Positions 60,455-64,000 of a stretch of DNA of 64,000 nucleotides are shown piece after piece; position 1 is the stretch's first letter, and each line of letters begins with the position of its first letter. The stretch lies in NCBI GenBank assembly GCA_965202665.1, contig OZ241841.1, forward strand, positions 416,001-480,000, read 5' to 3'. Source of the stretch: Candidatus Spongiisociaceae bacterium (GTDB lineage Bacteria > Actinomycetota > Acidimicrobiia > Spongiisociales > Spongiisociaceae). The notes beneath the pieces were generated by a model. It had not been told where the DNA came from, searched no databases, and saw nothing but the letters and a program-made list of their open reading frames with translations. A program made the position numbers and the translations under genes.

Positions 60455-61402
60455 GTGGGCCGTGACATTTTCCGGGGATGCATCCCCGCTCTTATGACCC
60501 CCTGCGACGCCGCCGGCGTCCCCGACTTCGACCGACTGGTGGAAAAAGCCCGCTGGCTGATCAGCCGGGGGATGTCGGGGGTGGTCTACTGCGGTTCCAT
60601 GGGCGAATGGCCGTTGCTGTCCCCCGCCCAGCGGAAAGAAGGGACGGCCCGGCTGGTGGAAGCGGGGGTGCCGGTGGTGGTGGGAACGGGGGCCCCCAAT
60701 CCGACCGAAGCCGCCGACTACGCCGCCCACGCCCGGAAGATAGGAGCGGGCGGGCTGATGGTCATCCCCCGGGTGCTGTCCCGGGGGCCCTCCTACGCCG
60801 CCCAGCGCAGTCATTTCGCCGGTATTCTGGAAGCGGCCGGGGAGGTTCCGGCCGTCATCTACAACAGCCCCTACTACGGGTTTGAAACCAAAGCCGACCT
60901 GTTCTTCGACCTGCGCGGCCAATATTCCAACCTGGTCGGATACAAGGAGTTCGGAGGCCTGGATTCCCTCACCTACGCCGCCGAGCACATCACTTCCGCC
61001 GACGACGACCTGTCGCTGGTGATCGGGGTGGACACCGGGGTGGTGCACGGCTACGTCAACTGCGGGGCGGCCGGGTGGATCACCGGCATCGGCAACGTGC
61101 TGCCCGAAGAAACTTTGGCACTGGACCGGCTGTCCGCGTTGGCGGCCGCCGGGGATCAAACCGCCCACCGCCTGGCCTGCGAGTTGGATTCTGCCCTGCT
61201 TCCCCTGTCCCGGCTGGACTCCGGCCCCGATTTGGTCCTCTACTTCAAGCATTTGACAGTGTTGCGGGGCGACTCCGCCTACGCCCATCCGTTGCTGGCC
61301 GGGGATGTGCTGTCCCCCGCCCAAGCCAACCATTCCGCCGCCCAGCTGCGCCGGTTTGAAAGCTGGTGGTCGGACTGGGAGGGGAAAAACTACCGGTCGT
61401 AA
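60455..61402 (+). CDS. DHDPS/NAL family, probable 1-pyrroline-4-hydroxy-2-carboxylate deaminase
   Basis: GCIPALMTPC, VYCGSMGEW, VIYNSPYY, GYKEFGG. Confidence 0.85.
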   Translation: MGRDIFRGCIPALMTPCDAAGVPDFDRLVEKARWLISRGMSGVVYCGSMGEWPLLSPAQRKEGTARLVEAGVPVVVGTGAPNPTEAADYAAHARKIGAGGLMVIPRVLSRGPSYAAQRSHFAGILEAAGEVPAVIYNSPYYGFETKADLFFDLRGQYSNLVGYKEFGGLDSLTYAAEHITSADDDLSLVIGVDTGVVHGYVNCGAAGWITGIGNVLPEETLALDRLSALAAAGDQTAHRLACELDSALLPLSRLDSGPDLVLYFKHLTVLRGDSAYAHPLLAGDVLSPAQANHSAAQLRRFESWWSDWEGKNYRS

Positions 61403-61409
61403 CCGGGGG

Positions 61410-62231
61410 TCAGTCGCCGGGCGGTTCCTCCGGGGTTTCCTTGTCCGGGGAGGAAACCTGGTCGCCGGCCGGGGGCGGGGCGGAAAACATGGGCGGCGGG
61501 GGGCCGGGAGGGGCGGCCGGCGGTTGGGCGGCGGGCGGGCGCCTCCGTTGATAGTAAAACAGGTCCGAGCCGGCGAAGGCCAGCACCAGCACGGCCCCGA
61601 TGCGGAGATCCCGTTGCCAGAGCCACACTGCGGCCGCCACCCCCACAATCAAACCGATGATGCGGGCATGGAGGTCGCCGCTCGGCCCCAAAAGTTTTAT
61701 CAGCACCTCCCGGAGCATCTTGGAGCCGTCCAAACCGCCGATGGGCAGCCAGTTGACCAGCCCCCACACCACCGACACCCAAATGAAGGCGCCGACTGCG
61801 AACACCAGATACTCCCCCATTCGGTCGGCCGTTCCCAGATACACCCGCCAGGGGGTTTCTATGAGCAGGCGGGCGGGGTTTCCCAAACCTCCCAGGGCGG
61901 TCAGCAGATACAGCCCCAACCCGGCGAACAGGCCCACCCCCGACCCGGCCGCCGATACCAGAAAACTCCGCCAGCCGCGGATGGGTTTGTCCTTCTCCCG
62001 CCACAGGGTGGCCCCGCCCAGGGCGTAGATGGTGATGGCCTCCACATGTCCGCCGAACCGGCGCACCGTCGCCGCGTGCCCCAACTCGTGCAACAGCACG
62101 GATACCAAAATGGCGGCCGTCCACAACCCGACCGCCGCCGGGCTCCAATCGGCGTAGATGAAAAACACCAGCAACAGCAGAAAACTGAGGTGGATATGGA
62201 CCGGAAACCCAAGCACCCGAAACCGAAGCAT
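61410..62231 (-). CDS. M50-family (site-2) metalloprotease
   Basis: HELGH, NWLPIGGLDG motifs, multiple TM. Confidence 0.9.
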   Translation of the reverse strand: MLRFRVLGFPVHIHLSFLLLLVFFIYADWSPAAVGLWTAAILVSVLLHELGHAATVRRFGGHVEAITIYALGGATLWREKDKPIRGWRSFLVSAAGSGVGLFAGLGLYLLTALGGLGNPARLLIETPWRVYLGTADRMGEYLVFAVGAFIWVSVVWGLVNWLPIGGLDGSKMLREVLIKLLGPSGDLHARIIGLIVGVAAAVWLWQRDLRIGAVLVLAFAGSDLFYYQRRRPPAAQPPAAPPGPPPPMFSAPPPAGDQVSSPDKETPEEPPGD

Positions 62232-62367
62232 CCCCCCAGACTAGACCCCCGGCGCCCCAAAAACGCAAACCGCCGGGCGGACGGCGAACGCCGTCAAGAA
62301 AGATTGCGCATCCGAAGCCCGGAAAAACTGTTATCAAAGCGTCCGGCCGGCGAGCCGGGGCGACGCG

Positions 62368-62586
62368 TCAGCCGCGTTCCCACTCGTCCCGGCTGGGTGC
62401 GGCGGCGTCGGGGTTCACGCCGAAGGCGGCGGCCAGCGCGGGCCCCGGATCCGGATATTCGTCATCGCAGTACGCGTCCAATGCGCGGCTGACTATCTCG
62501 GTCATCGTCACCCCCTCCGCCTCCGCCAACCTGCCCAGCCTGCGAATTTGCTCATCCGACAGGCAAACCTGCGTGCCAGCGTCCAT
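62368..62586 (-). CDS. CopG/RHH (VapB-like) DNA-binding protein
   Basis: TQVCLSDEQ..L..LA..EGVTMTEIV.RALD ribbon-helix-helix pattern. Confidence 0.7.
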   Translation of the reverse strand: MDAGTQVCLSDEQIRRLGRLAEAEGVTMTEIVSRALDAYCDDEYPDPGPALAAAFGVNPDAAAPSRDEWERG

Positions 62587-62670
62587 ACAGCCAGATTATA
62601 AGCGCATAGGGTAATTTGGGATGCCGGGAACCGCCAGAGTACGCCCTTCCGCCGATGGAGGTTTGGAGAA

Positions 62671-63462
62671 GTGAAAACGTTTGAAGTAATGGAGGTGATG
62701 AGTTTCGCCAAAACGGGCGTTGACCGGCTCAACGAAGACAGCTACGCCATCACCGACTATGCGGCGGCGGTTTTCGACGGGGCTACCGACAAGAAAGGGT
62801 CGGCGCCTCCCACGCCCGGTCGCCGCGCCGCGCAGGCCCTCGCCGAGGCGGTCTCTGAAATCGGCAAAGACTGCGAGCCGGAAGTGTTGGTCAAAAACCT
62901 GCATGCCGCGGTGGCTCCGCTGGCGAACGGCGACTGCGAGCCGACGGCGGCGGGCGCCCTGCTTCACGTCCCCGCCCGCAAAGTCATTCGGGTGGGCGAT
63001 GTTTCAGTAGCCGTCAACCGGGTGTTTGACATCCCGCGTAAACGGGTCGACGAAACAGCCGCCGAGGCCCGGGCCGCCCTGCTCAGGGCCCGTCTGTCCG
63101 CCGGAGCATCGGTGGAGCATCTGTTGGAAACGGACCCGGGCCGGGAAATGATCCTGCCGCTGTTGCGGGAATCGGGCCAGTGGCGGAACCGGGAAGACGA
63201 TGTTTACGGCTTCGCCGCCATCGACGGAGACGGGACGCCCACTTCCATGATCGAGGTGTTCGACATCCCGCCGGACAGCGAAGTGATTTTGGCCACCGAC
63301 GGATATCCTTCCCCGCAACCCACGTTGGCGGACAGCGAGCGGATTCTGGCCGCCTCCCTGCGGCGCGATCCGCTCCGACTGGGTCCTCCCGCCGCCACCA
63401 AAGGCGTGAAACCGGGACATGTCAGTTTCGACGACCGCACCTTCCTGCGCGTTGGGCTGTAA
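62671..63462 (+). CDS. PP2C-like fold hypothetical protein
   Basis: NED, VFDGAT, RVGD, ILATDG, DDRT acidic motifs. Confidence 0.7.
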   Translation: MKTFEVMEVMSFAKTGVDRLNEDSYAITDYAAAVFDGATDKKGSAPPTPGRRAAQALAEAVSEIGKDCEPEVLVKNLHAAVAPLANGDCEPTAAGALLHVPARKVIRVGDVSVAVNRVFDIPRKRVDETAAEARAALLRARLSAGASVEHLLETDPGREMILPLLRESGQWRNREDDVYGFAAIDGDGTPTSMIEVFDIPPDSEVILATDGYPSPQPTLADSERILAASLRRDPLRLGPPAATKGVKPGHVSFDDRTFLRVGL

Positions 63463-63519
63463 CTCCTCTTAGGTCGCCAAGAAAGCCGCCGGTTGGCGCG
63501 CGGAGCAACCGGGGGTGGG

Positions 63520-64000
63520 TTATGAGCTGGCGCCGGCGTCGTCGTTGGTGGGGGCTTGGTTTATTACTCTTACGAAGAAAGATGCCATCTGGGCGCGGGT
63601 TACCGGGTTGTTGGGGCAGTACCTGAGGGGGGGCGTGGTGGTGCATCCTCTGGTTACTTCGCTTTCGGCTATGCCTTCGATAGCCCGCACCACGGCCGCG
63701 TCCAGGTTGGCGGTGTCGGCGAACAGGTTTTGCGATTCGGTTACGGCTTGGATGTGGGGGAAAGCGGCGACCATCATCACGGCCATGTCGGCTCGGGTTA
63801 CTATGCCCCGGGGGTTGAAGTTCCCATCGTCTAGTTGGAAGGCCCCGATGCTTACCAGCCAGTCGGCGTAGGGGCGGTAGCTGGCGTCGGCGGGGACGTC
63901 GGCGATTTCTATGCCGGTGGGAATTTGGATGGGCCAGCGGGGGTTGACGGCCCGGTAGATGAAAGTGGCCATTTGCCTGCGGGTGATTTGGGCGCTGGGG
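63520..64000 (-). CDS. SLH (S-layer homology) domain protein, 3' part
   Basis: FNPRGIVTRADMA, GC...YCPNNPVTRAQMASFF, ITRRQMATF repeats; runs off window. Confidence 0.85.
   Translation of the reverse strand, partial: PSAQITRRQMATFIYRAVNPRWPIQIPTGIEIADVPADASYRPYADWLVSIGAFQLDDGNFNPRGIVTRADMAVMMVAAFPHIQAVTESQNLFADTANLDAAVVRAIEGIAESEVTRGCTTTPPLRYCPNNPVTRAQMASFFVRVINQAPTNDDAGASS

Overview
High-GC actinobacterial chromosome segment (WhiB, DUF3107, DUF222-HNH, Ku and gene order point to Actinomycetota, probably Acidimicrobiia; a host-associated, e.g. sponge-symbiont, lifestyle is only an inference). The backbone is mostly on the minus strand: atp operon, glyA, tsaC-prmC-prfA-rpmE, rho-thrC-hom-lysA-tRNA-Arg, and prs-glmU-tRNA-Gln-ispE-rsmA-tatD-rsmI. 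Accessory blocks include an ABC transporter/amidohydrolase/hydantoinase catabolic cluster, low-GC orphan genes, a decayed IS481, a hydroxyproline-catabolism trio and a putative nucleotidyltransferase TA pair. The standout is a tandem array of three ~2.7-2.8 kb paralogous DUF1156-type amino-DNA methyltransferase genes (40900-49283), with no ATPase/helicase partner in the window. Two copies carry different simple-sequence repeats at the same position just before the SAM-binding motif: (CAACA)12, in frame (ON), and (AC)12, frameshifted (OFF). The copies are mosaics of each other and are followed by a remnant of a further 3' end and a ~71-bp repeat array, so the locus looks like a multi-switch, recombining, phase-variable methylation cassette. 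Also present: a UGA-recoded CUAEP-tail radical SAM selenoprotein with a SECIS-like hairpin, an unannotated C-rich-loop sRNA with a consensus promoter and terminator, a perfect CRP box upstream of whiB, and two PafBC-type DNA-damage promoter motifs. Family assignments come from motif recognition only; no database searches were run.
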